Of a DNA stretch of 64,000 bases, positions 10,383 to 20,532 are shown piece by piece. Under the pieces are notes generated by a model. That model was not told where the DNA came from, did not search any database, and saw only the letters and a program-made list of their open reading frames with translations. The translations under genes were made by a program, and so were the position numbers. How positions within the stretch are numbered: position 1 is the first letter of the stretch; each line of letters starts with the position of its first letter. The stretch spans positions 183,113-247,112 of IMG/VR virus record IMGVR_UViG_3300035703_000006, one strand, 5' to 3'.

Positions 10383-11729
10383 ATGAATCCACTTGAACTA
10401 GTCGTAAAGACTTTACATTCGTTTGAAGAAAAAGAACTTTCCAAACAAGTTCTTCAAGCATTTGGAAAGAAGGCAGAAACATTCAAACAATATGATGATG
10501 TAGCAAAGATTTTTTTTGAACTCAAAGATTTTACAAATGCTATAACTTATGGTGAACAGGCACTTAAACTTGCAAATTCACCACAGGAAAAATATATAAC
10601 TTCAAAAAATTTGATTAATGCTTATAATCAAAACAATTATCCTGAAAAAGCAATTACTCAAATTTCAAAAATTAAATCACAAAATCCTCAAGATGCTGAA
10701 CTTCTCTTAGAGGAAACTTTTTCATATTCTGCAATTAATCAAAAAGACAAGGCAGAAAAACTTCTTTTTGATTTAATCAAATATAAACTTCCTGAGGAAA
10801 TAGAAAGAAAGGCATATCATAATCTTTCTGGTCATTATTTTAGGAAGGATGATTTGAAAACAGGTCTCAAACATTTTCTCAAAGCAGGAGAAGTGGAGGC
10901 ATATAAAAACCGACAAGTTCCACCATTTCCTAAGTGGGATGGTAAAGTAACCCCAGGTAAAACTATAGTAATTGATAGTCAGTGTGGTGCTGGTGATGAA
11001 ATAATTCATGTAAGATTCATGAAGCACATTAAAGATCTTGGAATGAATCCAATCTGGACAACTACAAGAAAACACATTCAAGATATTTTTAACTATAATG
11101 GTTTTCAAACAGAATTAGTTTGGGATAATCCAAAATTTCCAGAAGATTCTGAATGGGTTTATGCTCTTGCACTTCCATATTATCTTAATCTTTCTGTAAA
11201 TGATTTGGGGAAAGAACCTTACCTTAAACCATTACCAGAAAAAGAAAAAAAATATTCTTATTTAAAGAAAGATGATAAGTACAAAATTGGAATCTTTTGG
11301 AACTCTGGATCTGGATTTGAACAAGCACATTTCAGAAGTATGGATTTTTTTGATTTGTGGAATGTAATTTCTGATCCAGACCATTCACTTTACTCACTTC
11401 AAATGAGTGATACGCAAGTCCCCAAAACTTGTAAAAATCACATTAAAGAATTTCATTCAAAGGATAGAGAATTTTCAGATACTTTTTCTATTATAAATCA
11501 AATGGATTTGATAATTACTTCTTGTACTTCTGTGGCACATGTTGCTGCTTCTATGGGAAAAGAGGTATGTGTCTTTGTCCCAATTATGGAATATTATGTT
11601 TGGACAAGTTCTAATGGGAAATCCTGGTGGTATGGTGATAATGTTCATTTGTTTAGGCAAAAGAAACCAAGAACTTGGAAAGAACCTTTAATTGAATTGA
11701 AGGAGTTTTTAAATGATAGAGGAGTATAA
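10383..11729 (+). CDS. TPR-repeat plus GT-B (GT9-like) glycosyltransferase
   Basis: Helical N-terminus; PKWDG..GAGDEI.HVRF; IGIFW.SG; FSDTFSII..MDLIITSCTSVAHVAASMGK; WY..VHLFRQ..PRTW. Confidence 0.8.
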   Translation: MNPLELVVKTLHSFEEKELSKQVLQAFGKKAETFKQYDDVAKIFFELKDFTNAITYGEQALKLANSPQEKYITSKNLINAYNQNNYPEKAITQISKIKSQNPQDAELLLEETFSYSAINQKDKAEKLLFDLIKYKLPEEIERKAYHNLSGHYFRKDDLKTGLKHFLKAGEVEAYKNRQVPPFPKWDGKVTPGKTIVIDSQCGAGDEIIHVRFMKHIKDLGMNPIWTTTRKHIQDIFNYNGFQTELVWDNPKFPEDSEWVYALALPYYLNLSVNDLGKEPYLKPLPEKEKKYSYLKKDDKYKIGIFWNSGSGFEQAHFRSMDFFDLWNVISDPDHSLYSLQMSDTQVPKTCKNHIKEFHSKDREFSDTFSIINQMDLIITSCTSVAHVAASMGKEVCVFVPIMEYYVWTSSNGKSWWYGDNVHLFRQKKPRTWKEPLIELKEFLNDRGV

Positions 11730-12195
11730 TTTATCTTATCTCAATCTTGAATACTTAAAAAATACACTTTTAAATATAAAAACAAGTCCTCATGGACTTG
11801 TAACAAAAGGTACTTCCACTTACAATCACGGAATGCCTGTCTTAATGTATCCAGAACTGATTGGATTGAGAAATATCATCAAACAATATGTTAGACTATA
11901 TTGTAGTAAGTATAATATTTCACCTCTAAAGTTTATTAATAGTTGGTTTAATATCTCACAACCAGGAAATAAACTTAAGGCACATAAACACGAAGAAAGT
12001 ATTATTAGTGGAGCATTTTATATTTCTGGAAAAACTTCATTAATTTTTTCAGATAAATCCATTAAACCTTACTCTGGACTATTAGTAATCTTCTCAAGTG
12101 ATTTGATTCACTACACAGAAGAAGAAACAGAAGAAAGAATAGTTATTAGTTTCAATACCGATTATGAAGAAAGTACTCGTTACACTGGACATTAA
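11713..12195 (+). CDS. 2OG-Fe(II) oxygenase
   Basis: SWFN..PG....HKH..SIISGAFY...GLLVIFSSDLIH...RIVISFN. Confidence 0.8.
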   Translation: MIEEYNLSYLNLEYLKNTLLNIKTSPHGLVTKGTSTYNHGMPVLMYPELIGLRNIIKQYVRLYCSKYNISPLKFINSWFNISQPGNKLKAHKHEESIISGAFYISGKTSLIFSDKSIKPYSGLLVIFSSDLIHYTEEETEERIVISFNTDYEESTRYTGH

Positions 12196-12886
12196 TTATA
12201 ATAAAGACATCACAAATCTTACATATCCTTATATGAGGAAGTATGCTGAGAGAATTGGTGCTGATTTTGTAATTATGAATGAGAGAAAGTTTCCACATCT
12301 CTCAGCAAATATGGAAAAGTTTCAATTATATGAAATTGGAGCAAACTATGATTGGACTATTTTTCTTGACGCAGATGCTTTAATTCATCCCAATTGTCCA
12401 GACATTACGGAAATTTATAATAAGAATTGTGTAATCTTTAATAGGCACGATTATTATCCTTTTAGATTCAAACACAATAATTATGCAAGAAGAGATGGGA
12501 GAAATATTGCTGCTTGTACTTGGTTATGTGTTTTTAGTGACTGGACTCGTCATGCCTGGGAACCATACGAAAATCCAGAGCAATTTATAGATCAAATCAA
12601 TCCTATGGATTTGGAAAAAAACTTTGGATACGAACCACATCATATTCTTGATGATTACCTAGTGAGTCGTAATATCGCAAAGTATGGATTGAAAGTTGAA
12701 ACATTATATCAGTTAGTTCCAAAAGATGCTAAGATGAACTATTGGTTCAATCACGACTTTTGCATTAATGAAGATGACAAAATTAACCTTCTTAAAATGT
12801 GGATAGATAAGATTGAAAAAGGTTCTTATCGTGAAGAAAATCAGATTGAAGAACAATTATGGGGGTGGAAAAAGGGATTACTATGA
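12164..12886 (+). CDS. GT-A fold glycosyltransferase-like protein
   Basis: YAERIGADF..K...YDWTIFLDADALI.PNCPD DxD motif. Confidence 0.7.
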   Translation: MKKVLVTLDINYNKDITNLTYPYMRKYAERIGADFVIMNERKFPHLSANMEKFQLYEIGANYDWTIFLDADALIHPNCPDITEIYNKNCVIFNRHDYYPFRFKHNNYARRDGRNIAACTWLCVFSDWTRHAWEPYENPEQFIDQINPMDLEKNFGYEPHHILDDYLVSRNIAKYGLKVETLYQLVPKDAKMNYWFNHDFCINEDDKINLLKMWIDKIEKGSYREENQIEEQLWGWKKGLL

Positions 12887-13671
12887 AATTTTTATTTTTA
12901 GTTGGGTCTGCACTTAAACATTTTCAAGAAGAAAATTTTAGTGCCTACGATGAAGAGCAAAGATTTAATCAAACACTAGATACTATTGAGTGCATAAGAA
13001 AAAAAGTTCCAGAGTCTTATGTTGTTTTATTTGAGTGCTCGTCTAAACCAATCAATCAAAAACAAAAGGATATACTTGAAGAAAAATGTGATTTGTTTTT
13101 AGAGTTCCATTCGGAATCGGTCATTCAGCAAATTTATGAAAATATTGAAAAAAGACCAGAATTGATTACCTATGGAAAATCATTACTGGAAACTAGAGGT
13201 TTATTGAATGCACTTTATACAATCAAAGAACATAACCTTTTTAATGATAGTCAAAGAGTTTTCAAATTAACTGGAAGATATTTACTAAATGATGATTTCA
13301 ATATTGAAGATTACCAAAGTAAGTTTTTGGAAGGTCATTATGTAATTAAAAAGTATGATTATCTTTCTGAAGAAGAACAGAATTTAAATGAAAAGAGTCT
13401 TGAGAATGTTTATGCATATCTTTATGGTGCTAAAGGTATGATGATTACTGGGTTGTGGTCGTTCGATAGAATTTTATTTAATGATGCAGTTGAAGCACTC
13501 GAAAGAGCATTTTTTTATATGGAAAAGATGATACAATATACTGCTGGTACTGATGTTGAGCACTCACTTTACAGATTCATTGATAAGAGAAATATTATTA
13601 GTATTCCCAATCTTGGACTTACTTTAATTAAAGGAATGAGTGGTGAAAATGGAGGAACATATCATACGTGA
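12883..13671 (+). CDS. Putative glycosyltransferase-like protein
   Basis: EQRF.QTL.TI..IRKKVP and FKLTGRY motifs common in phage glycosylation islands; ATGA overlap. Confidence 0.5.
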   Translation: MKFLFLVGSALKHFQEENFSAYDEEQRFNQTLDTIECIRKKVPESYVVLFECSSKPINQKQKDILEEKCDLFLEFHSESVIQQIYENIEKRPELITYGKSLLETRGLLNALYTIKEHNLFNDSQRVFKLTGRYLLNDDFNIEDYQSKFLEGHYVIKKYDYLSEEEQNLNEKSLENVYAYLYGAKGMMITGLWSFDRILFNDAVEALERAFFYMEKMIQYTAGTDVEHSLYRFIDKRNIISIPNLGLTLIKGMSGENGGTYHT

Positions 13672-14348
13672 AAATAGCAATTTTTTATCACATAGGACAA
13701 ACAGGTTTAGGAGCATTCATCTATCAACAGCAGATTCATAGATTATATGCTTCTGGTCTTATGCAAGCAGCAAATCATATTCACTTTGGAGTCAATGGAG
13801 ACCAAGAGTTGTTTAATGTTCCTGAAAAAGTGAAAGTAAATTACAATCCAAAAGAACAATGGACAACAGAAAAGCAGACACTACTTGACCTAAAAAATTT
13901 TTGTAAAGAAAACCCAGATTATAAAGTTCTTTATTTTCACACAAAAGGTTCTACCAAAGACTCTTTAAGTGTTCAATCTTGGAGACTAATGATGGAATAT
14001 TTTGTAATTGATAAGTGGGAAGAATGCGTAAAATATCTTGATGAGTATACTTGTGTTGGATGTCATTTAGGAACAATTGGTCCTAGTATTTGTGCAGATG
14101 GTTCTTTGATAGAAAATGATAAGACTTATGCTTATATGGGAAACTTTTGGTGGGCAAATTCTTCCTATATAAACACAATCAAATCAAGATATATGGATTC
14201 TGATTGTAGAATGGAGAAAGAAAGATGGATTGGTGATAGTGATACTTGCTATCCAAAAACACTATACAATAATATAGAATTTGATTCCAATCCTTTTAAC
14301 TTTAATAATTATTCTTATTATTTTAGGGAGGAAGATTATGTTTCGTGA
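13668..14348 (+). CDS. Putative glycosyltransferase-like protein
   Basis: VLYFHTKG, WR..MEYF and GNFWWA motifs; GTG start overlapping previous stop. Confidence 0.5.
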   Translation: MKIAIFYHIGQTGLGAFIYQQQIHRLYASGLMQAANHIHFGVNGDQELFNVPEKVKVNYNPKEQWTTEKQTLLDLKNFCKENPDYKVLYFHTKGSTKDSLSVQSWRLMMEYFVIDKWEECVKYLDEYTCVGCHLGTIGPSICADGSLIENDKTYAYMGNFWWANSSYINTIKSRYMDSDCRMEKERWIGDSDTCYPKTLYNNIEFDSNPFNFNNYSYYFREEDYVS

Positions 14349-14694
14349 ATGTGGTGAATGCACTGCTTGCTGTTCGTGGTTAATTGGTGATGCTTTTGCT
14401 TGGCAATTTGGTGCAGGGAAGTCTTGTAAGTTTTTGGAATGTAATGGGTGTGGAGTTCATAAAGCAAGACCAGAACCTTGTAGAAATTACCAGTGTGCTT
14501 GGAGTCAGCATTTATTACCAGAAGAAATGAGACCTGATAAATGTAATGTACTGGTTTCTGTTGAAAACAATGAAAGAGGACAATATCTTAGAGTTTTACC
14601 AATAAATACTAAAGAAATAAATGGTGAAGTCAAAAAATATCTTACCAAATGGAGTGATAAAATGAATACTCCAGTTATTTTTGTAGAACTTTAA
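14338..14694 (+). CDS. YkgJ-like Cys-cluster (Zn/Fe-chelating) protein
   Basis: CGECTACC...CKFL...CGVH..RP..CRNYQCAW. Confidence 0.7.
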   Translation: MFRECGECTACCSWLIGDAFAWQFGAGKSCKFLECNGCGVHKARPEPCRNYQCAWSQHLLPEEMRPDKCNVLVSVENNERGQYLRVLPINTKEINGEVKKYLTKWSDKMNTPVIFVEL

Positions 14695-14706
14695 CACTCT
14701 CCCCAA

Positions 14707-15906
14707 ATGCCTACATTTTATAACTTTACCGAAAATAATATAGTACGTTCTTTTGATGATGTTTTTGTTCCTGCTGATGCATTTAGGGATGGAAATTTGT
14801 TTACTTGGGGTTATAATTCAAATTCTCAATTAGGACTCAATGATACAACCAATAGATCTACACCAGTCACAACAATTGCTGGAGGATCCAATTGGATTCA
14901 AATAAGTTGTAGTGGTGCTCATTTTAATTTTAACTACCACACAGCAGCAATCAAAACTGATGGGACTTTATGGGTTTGGGGTAATAACAATAATGTACAA
15001 CTTGGAACCAATGATACAATTAGAAAATCCACTCCAGTAACAACATTTGCTGGAGGAAGCAATTGGAAACAAGTTTCTTGCGGTCCTACTTATACTGCAG
15101 CAATCAAAAATGATGGAACCTTATGGACTTGGGGAAATAATAGTTCAGGACAACTTGGAATTAACATTGCCGGTTCTAATGTTGGTAGATCTACTCCAGT
15201 CACCACATTTGCTGGAGGAACAAATTGGAAACAAGTAAGTGCAGGATATAATTCCTGTATGGCAATTAAAACTGATGGAACATTATGGTCTTGGGGTTAT
15301 AATGGTCGTGGTCAACATGCAACCAATGACACAACTCAAAGAAATACTCCAGTCACAACATTTGTTGGAGGAACCAATTGGATGCAAATAAGTGCCGGTT
15401 TTCGACATAGGGCAGCAATCAAAACTGATGGCACTTTATGGACATGGGGTTATAATACTAGTGGGCAACTAGGAATTAATAATGTAACCACTCAAATACT
15501 TACTCCAGTCACAACATTTGCTGGAGGAACCAATTGGAAACAAGTTTTTTGTGGAGAAAATTCATCTGCAGCAATCAAAACTGATGGAACCTTATGGACT
15601 TGGGGAATTGGTTTTAATTCGGGACTAGGAGTTGCTGATGCAACTAATAGATCTACTCCAGTCACTACCTTTGCTGGAGGAACCAATTGGAAACAAGTGA
15701 GTATTGGTACTCATCGTATGGGAGCAATCAAAACTGATGGGACTTTATGGATGTGGGGTAGTGGAAATGATGGAGCACTAGGAAATGCTGGTATAACTAA
15801 TAGATCTACTCCAGTAACAACATTTGCTGGAGGAACCAATTGGAAACAAGTTTCTTGTGGTACTAAACACACTGCAGCAGCCACATACATAGATTCTGTG
15901 ATATAA
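14707..15906 (+). CDS. RCC1-like beta-propeller (7 blades)
   Basis: Same repeat unit as the 5008 and 6878 genes. Confidence 0.85.
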   Translation: MPTFYNFTENNIVRSFDDVFVPADAFRDGNLFTWGYNSNSQLGLNDTTNRSTPVTTIAGGSNWIQISCSGAHFNFNYHTAAIKTDGTLWVWGNNNNVQLGTNDTIRKSTPVTTFAGGSNWKQVSCGPTYTAAIKNDGTLWTWGNNSSGQLGINIAGSNVGRSTPVTTFAGGTNWKQVSAGYNSCMAIKTDGTLWSWGYNGRGQHATNDTTQRNTPVTTFVGGTNWMQISAGFRHRAAIKTDGTLWTWGYNTSGQLGINNVTTQILTPVTTFAGGTNWKQVFCGENSSAAIKTDGTLWTWGIGFNSGLGVADATNRSTPVTTFAGGTNWKQVSIGTHRMGAIKTDGTLWMWGSGNDGALGNAGITNRSTPVTTFAGGTNWKQVSCGTKHTAAATYIDSVI

Positions 15907-15921
15907 TAATTAATAAAAACT

Positions 15922-16704
15922 ATGAAGAAATTGTATTTTCTTGGAGGACTTCCAAGAAGTGGTTCTACATTACTTGGATCACTTCTCAATCAGCATCCAG
16001 AGATTTACGTATCACCCACTTCTCCATTAGGTGATGTTGTTTCTGGGATTGAAAAGATATTCAATGAAGTTGATATTCAATTTACATTTGATCGCAAAGA
16101 AGTATCTTATAATGTTTATTCATCAGTTCTTGCTAACTTTTATAATCACATTCCCAAACCTGTCATTTTAGATAAGCACAGATTTTGGGGAAAGAATCTT
16201 GATGTAGTTCAAATGTTTCTTTCCAACAAACCAAAAATTGTAGCAACATATCGTTCCATACCAGAAGTTCTTACGTCATATATTTCGTTAATAGAAAGAT
16301 CTAAGCACAAAGATAATTTTATTGACGAACATTTAAGAAAAGATAATTTACCCATCACAAATAACAATCGTGCTGAGTATATTTGGAGATATTATGTTTC
16401 TCCTTCTTATGAGTCTATGGTTTACGGATTAAAAAAATATCCAGAATGGGTTCATTTAGTTGAATATAATAATCTTGTAAAAAATCCACAAGAAGAACTT
16501 AATAAAGTTTATGAATTCTTAGAAATTTCATCTCATACAAATACTTTTCATAATATCGAAAATGCTTGTGGAGAGCAAAAAGATGAAGAATGGGGACTAA
16601 AAGGTCTTCATGATATTCGTCCAAATCTTTCTAAAATATCACAAAATCCTATTGATATAATAGGAGAAGAAAACGTAAAAATTTATTCCAAATTTGATTT
16701 ATGA
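15922..16704 (+). CDS. Sulfotransferase
   Basis: PAPS-binding GLPRSGSTLL..LLNQHP; YNNLV.NP. Confidence 0.85.
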   Translation: MKKLYFLGGLPRSGSTLLGSLLNQHPEIYVSPTSPLGDVVSGIEKIFNEVDIQFTFDRKEVSYNVYSSVLANFYNHIPKPVILDKHRFWGKNLDVVQMFLSNKPKIVATYRSIPEVLTSYISLIERSKHKDNFIDEHLRKDNLPITNNNRAEYIWRYYVSPSYESMVYGLKKYPEWVHLVEYNNLVKNPQEELNKVYEFLEISSHTNTFHNIENACGEQKDEEWGLKGLHDIRPNLSKISQNPIDIIGEENVKIYSKFDL

Positions 16705-17396
16705 AAACACAAATTGAAGTATTTTTAAGACATTGTTATACATCAAAAGTTAATTTATCAGGAGCAAATCGTCCAGACTGGTGGAATAAGGAAAAAGTAT
16801 TTCAAAACTTCAAAAGTACTCTGAATCCAGAGACTACAAATTATACAATTATTTTTGATGAGTGTTATGGAAAACAACAAGACACATTTCTAAAAAATGA
16901 AAGTGCAGTCACTATCAATTGTGGAAAAGAAAGTTCTAGTTTTTGCAAGACATTAGAGTATATTCTTTCACAAGACTTTGATAATGATACAATCATTTAT
17001 TTTCTTGAGGATGATTATCTACATCGTCCAGGATGGGATAAAGTTTTGATTGATGGATTTACTCTCCCAGTTCAGTATGTGACCTTATACGACCACGGAG
17101 ACAAGTATCAGGAGATGTATGAGAACTTTATGACTAAAGTTCTTGCAACAAAATATTCTCATTGGATGCCAACTCCTTCAACTACTAATACTTTTGCAGT
17201 GAAGTTCAAGACTCTCAAGGAAGACGAAGAGATTCATAAACACTTTTCTACAGGATTTGAACCATCTGCAGATCACGGAAAATTTTTAGAACTACATAAA
17301 AGAGGAAGAAATTTAATTTCAAGTATTCCTGGTTATTCTACACATTGCCATTCTCAATTTTTATCTCCTTGTATTGATTGGGCAAGTTATCTATGA
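16701..17396 (+). CDS. GT-A glycosyltransferase-like protein
   Basis: IIYFLEDDYLH; YVTLYDH.DKY; STTNTFA. Confidence 0.65.
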   Translation: MKTQIEVFLRHCYTSKVNLSGANRPDWWNKEKVFQNFKSTLNPETTNYTIIFDECYGKQQDTFLKNESAVTINCGKESSSFCKTLEYILSQDFDNDTIIYFLEDDYLHRPGWDKVLIDGFTLPVQYVTLYDHGDKYQEMYENFMTKVLATKYSHWMPTPSTTNTFAVKFKTLKEDEEIHKHFSTGFEPSADHGKFLELHKRGRNLISSIPGYSTHCHSQFLSPCIDWASYL

Positions 17397-17962
17397 AAGT
17401 GATTCAAATTGGATCAAATAAAGGTGACGACGATCTATCAGATTATCTTAAAAAAAATTATAAGGAATTGGAGTTTGGTCTTTTTGTAGAAGCAAATCCA
17501 CTTCATATTGGTAACTTAAAGAATTGTTATTCTCAATATAAAAATGCTATAATAGAAAATATTGCAATCAAAATTCCTTCACATCAAGAAGATATTCTAA
17601 AGTTGTATTATCATCAAAATGATGGTCCAATGTATCACGTTGCCTCTTGCAATAAATCACATATTGAGATTTATTATTCAACAGAAGGAATTAAATATTT
17701 TGAAATTCCTTGTATAACTTTAGATGATTTATTTAAAAAGTACCAAATCAAAGATTTAGATTGGTTGCTATTAGACATTGAAGGTATTGATGCTGAAATA
17801 TTACTTTCTACTGATTGGAGTAAGTATGACATTCAAAGAATTGAATATGAAAAATTACATTTGGGAAATAAAAAAGATGAGATAGAAAATATATTTGAAA
17901 ATCTTGGATACAAAAAAATAAATTCTTTACACGATTATGACGATGCTTGGGGGAAACACTAA
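17393..17962 (+). CDS. FkbM-family SAM methyltransferase
   Basis: VIQIGSN.G; FVEANP; IPCITLDDL; LLLDIEG.DAEIL. Confidence 0.8.
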   Translation: MKVIQIGSNKGDDDLSDYLKKNYKELEFGLFVEANPLHIGNLKNCYSQYKNAIIENIAIKIPSHQEDILKLYYHQNDGPMYHVASCNKSHIEIYYSTEGIKYFEIPCITLDDLFKKYQIKDLDWLLLDIEGIDAEILLSTDWSKYDIQRIEYEKLHLGNKKDEIENIFENLGYKKINSLHDYDDAWGKH

Positions 17963-18645
17963 TGAAAAATCATCCTGTAACTGAAACTGATTATTTTAAA
18001 ACCATTAAAATGGTGGTAGACAATATTCACAATACTGGAATGGTAGAAGCAGGTTCTGGGTACTGCTTAAGTATGAGTGACATTGTACTTAAACTTTTAC
18101 ACAAAGAAGGGATTAAGTCAAGACTTGTTGAGTGCAATTTAATGGTTACACTTAAAAACCCTCCTGGATTATTTTTGATTGGTTATCCTGGATTTAATCA
18201 GAATAACTATGATTCAGAAAAAATGATGCAAACGCATATTATTTGCATCACCGAGACTGAAATTCCCATTTTAATTGACACTAGTATTTCTCATATTGAT
18301 AAAAATGTTCCTTATATCTGTGCTCCAATTCTGAGAAATTATGAGCACGCAAATATTTCAGAGTATGAATTTGAAACAAGCACTTGGACATACACTGAGA
18401 AAAAAGAAACCGAAATAGAACTTCCAAAACTCCATCAAAAAAGTATTATTGATAGAATCAAAAAAGATACCGAAATACAAACTCAAATTAATTTTATTCG
18501 GAACTTTATGATTATTTTATTTGCAATATCGGGATTGAATTTAATTCGTGGTACATACGACTTTTACCAGACTTTTGTTAACCCGAATAGTGGTTGGGGT
18601 CCACAAAAAGTTCAAATACATAATACGAATGAGGTTAAAAAATGA
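17962..18645 (+). CDS. Hypothetical protein with C-terminal transmembrane segment
   Basis: In-operon ORF; GYC and H..C motifs; hydrophobic FMIILFAISGLNLI. Confidence 0.55.
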   Translation: MKNHPVTETDYFKTIKMVVDNIHNTGMVEAGSGYCLSMSDIVLKLLHKEGIKSRLVECNLMVTLKNPPGLFLIGYPGFNQNNYDSEKMMQTHIICITETEIPILIDTSISHIDKNVPYICAPILRNYEHANISEYEFETSTWTYTEKKETEIELPKLHQKSIIDRIKKDTEIQTQINFIRNFMIILFAISGLNLIRGTYDFYQTFVNPNSGWGPQKVQIHNTNEVKK

Positions 18646-20174
18646 AAATTACACTATACGCAATTGCAAAGAACGAAGAAAAAAATGTTTCAAAATTCGT
18701 TGAAATTTCAAAAAAGTTTGATGATGTTGTTGTAGTTGATACTGGAAGTACAGACAATACAATTCAACTACTCAGAGATGCTGGTGTTAAAGTCTATGAG
18801 CATCCACAAACAAGAGAAGAGTTTGATTTTTCAGTCGCAAGAAATCAGGCACTTTCTTATGTAGAAACAGATTGGGCATTTTCTATTGACTTCAATGAAG
18901 AATTGAGTGAATTCTTTTCAGAAGGTCTTGAAGTAATTTCTAATGAGTTCACCTCATTCAAGCATCAAAGATATGATAAAATTGGTGACCAAGAACCGAC
19001 TTTAGGGCAAGCAACACACATTCGTTTTCACAGAACTAAAAACTATACTTGGGTTAATGCTGTTCATGAAACCCCGATGTTTCTTCCAACAGAAGATTTT
19101 ATAAATGAATCAAGTGTAGACACTACAATAAAGATCATAAAAAACATTCAACCAAGTATTGATAAACAATTATTTTATCTTTCAATTTGTGAAAGAGAAT
19201 ATCAAAAAAATTCAGAAAATACTTATTACCTTTGGTTTATTTTTAAACATTATTTTGAGGTTAAAAATTTCCAAAAAGTATTAGAACTTGGTCAAGAGTA
19301 TCTTAATATTTCTAAAGCATACTTTGATCCTATGAGGATTGATATTTTTATTATGACTGGTCTTGCTTTAGTTAACTTACAAAATATAACATTAGCATCA
19401 AATTATGCATTCCATGCAGTAAGTGAAGCAATGAATATTGGTGGAGATGTTATGGGTAAGGCATTTACAAACCTTCTTGAAATTGGAAAACTGGTAAGAA
19501 ATCCGAATATTATTGTATTTGCTTCTGGATTTTCTGAAGTAACAAAATCACTTAAAGAAAGAACAGATGCGATTGATAAATTGTTTTTGACAAACTTGGA
19601 TGACACTCCATCAACTTCTTGGACTGGACATAGAGACTTTGCGGAATGGTTAGTACGATTCACAAATCCAAAAGTTGTCGTAGATCTTGGGGTTGATTTT
19701 GGATATTCTACGTTCTCATTTGCATTTCCAAGAATTGGTCATGTGTATGGAATTGATAATTTTGTTGGAGATGATTATATTGGAATTGATGACCAAAGAT
19801 TGAAGTATAATTTTGTTACGATGAAGAGAGAAAAACTTCATCTTCAAGATTATATAACTTTCATTGAAGGAACTTTTGATGAAGTAGCAAAAACTTGGGA
19901 TAAACCAATTGACATTCTTCACATTGATGGAAGTCATCATTATGAAGATATCAAAAATGATTTTGAAACTTGGAGTAAATTTGTTTCTGATGATGGAATT
20001 ATTTTACTTCATGACACTTGCGTAGAAACTGCTTTTGGTAGAGAGTATGGTGTTAAAAAGTTTTTTGAAGAAATAGATTTACCAAAATTTACATTCACTC
20101 ATTGTTATGGTCTTGGAGTTGTTTGTAAAAATCCAATTATTTTAGATCAAATTAAGAATACTCTTTGCTTATGA
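18642..20174 (+). CDS. GT2 glycosyltransferase + TPR + class I SAM methyltransferase fusion
   Basis: IAKNEE..VVVDTGSTDNT..FDFSVARN; C-terminal VVDLGVDFGYS..IDILHIDGSH.YE..ILLHD. Confidence 0.82.
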   Translation: MKITLYAIAKNEEKNVSKFVEISKKFDDVVVVDTGSTDNTIQLLRDAGVKVYEHPQTREEFDFSVARNQALSYVETDWAFSIDFNEELSEFFSEGLEVISNEFTSFKHQRYDKIGDQEPTLGQATHIRFHRTKNYTWVNAVHETPMFLPTEDFINESSVDTTIKIIKNIQPSIDKQLFYLSICEREYQKNSENTYYLWFIFKHYFEVKNFQKVLELGQEYLNISKAYFDPMRIDIFIMTGLALVNLQNITLASNYAFHAVSEAMNIGGDVMGKAFTNLLEIGKLVRNPNIIVFASGFSEVTKSLKERTDAIDKLFLTNLDDTPSTSWTGHRDFAEWLVRFTNPKVVVDLGVDFGYSTFSFAFPRIGHVYGIDNFVGDDYIGIDDQRLKYNFVTMKREKLHLQDYITFIEGTFDEVAKTWDKPIDILHIDGSHHYEDIKNDFETWSKFVSDDGIILLHDTCVETAFGREYGVKKFFEEIDLPKFTFTHCYGLGVVCKNPIILDQIKNTLCL

Positions 20175-20527
20175 AAATGATGATTCCTGTTTCAGTAGGA
20201 GAATTGATTGATAAGATCACGATTCTCGAAATTAAAGTATTTCTCACTGATGATGAATATGTTCACAAAGAGTTGAATGAATTGAATAAAATTAAATCAA
20301 CTCTTACTCAATATACTTTAGATTATGAAGTTCAACTTAAAAAAGTAAATGAAGATCTTTGGAAAATTGAAGATAAACTCAGAAAACTCGAAAAAGAACA
20401 AAAATTTGATGACGAATTTATAGACCTTGCTCGGAGTGTATATATAAAAAATGATGAACGAGCAAGAATTAAAAAAGAAATTAATATTGTTTGCAATTCA
20501 GATTACCAAGAAATAAAAATTTATTGA
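20171..20527 (+). CDS. DUF6165-like coiled-coil protein
   Basis: PVSVGELIDKITILEIK..LW.IED..F..LARSVY..ND.RA.IK..IN. Confidence 0.7.
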   Translation: MKMMIPVSVGELIDKITILEIKVFLTDDEYVHKELNELNKIKSTLTQYTLDYEVQLKKVNEDLWKIEDKLRKLEKEQKFDDEFIDLARSVYIKNDERARIKKEINIVCNSDYQEIKIY

Positions 20528-20532
20528 ATTTT

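Noticed and set aside
5008-15906. Diversity-generating retroelement acting on the RCC1 repeats
   Set aside because: No reverse transcriptase, no non-coding template repeat, and differences are not adenine-specific in this window
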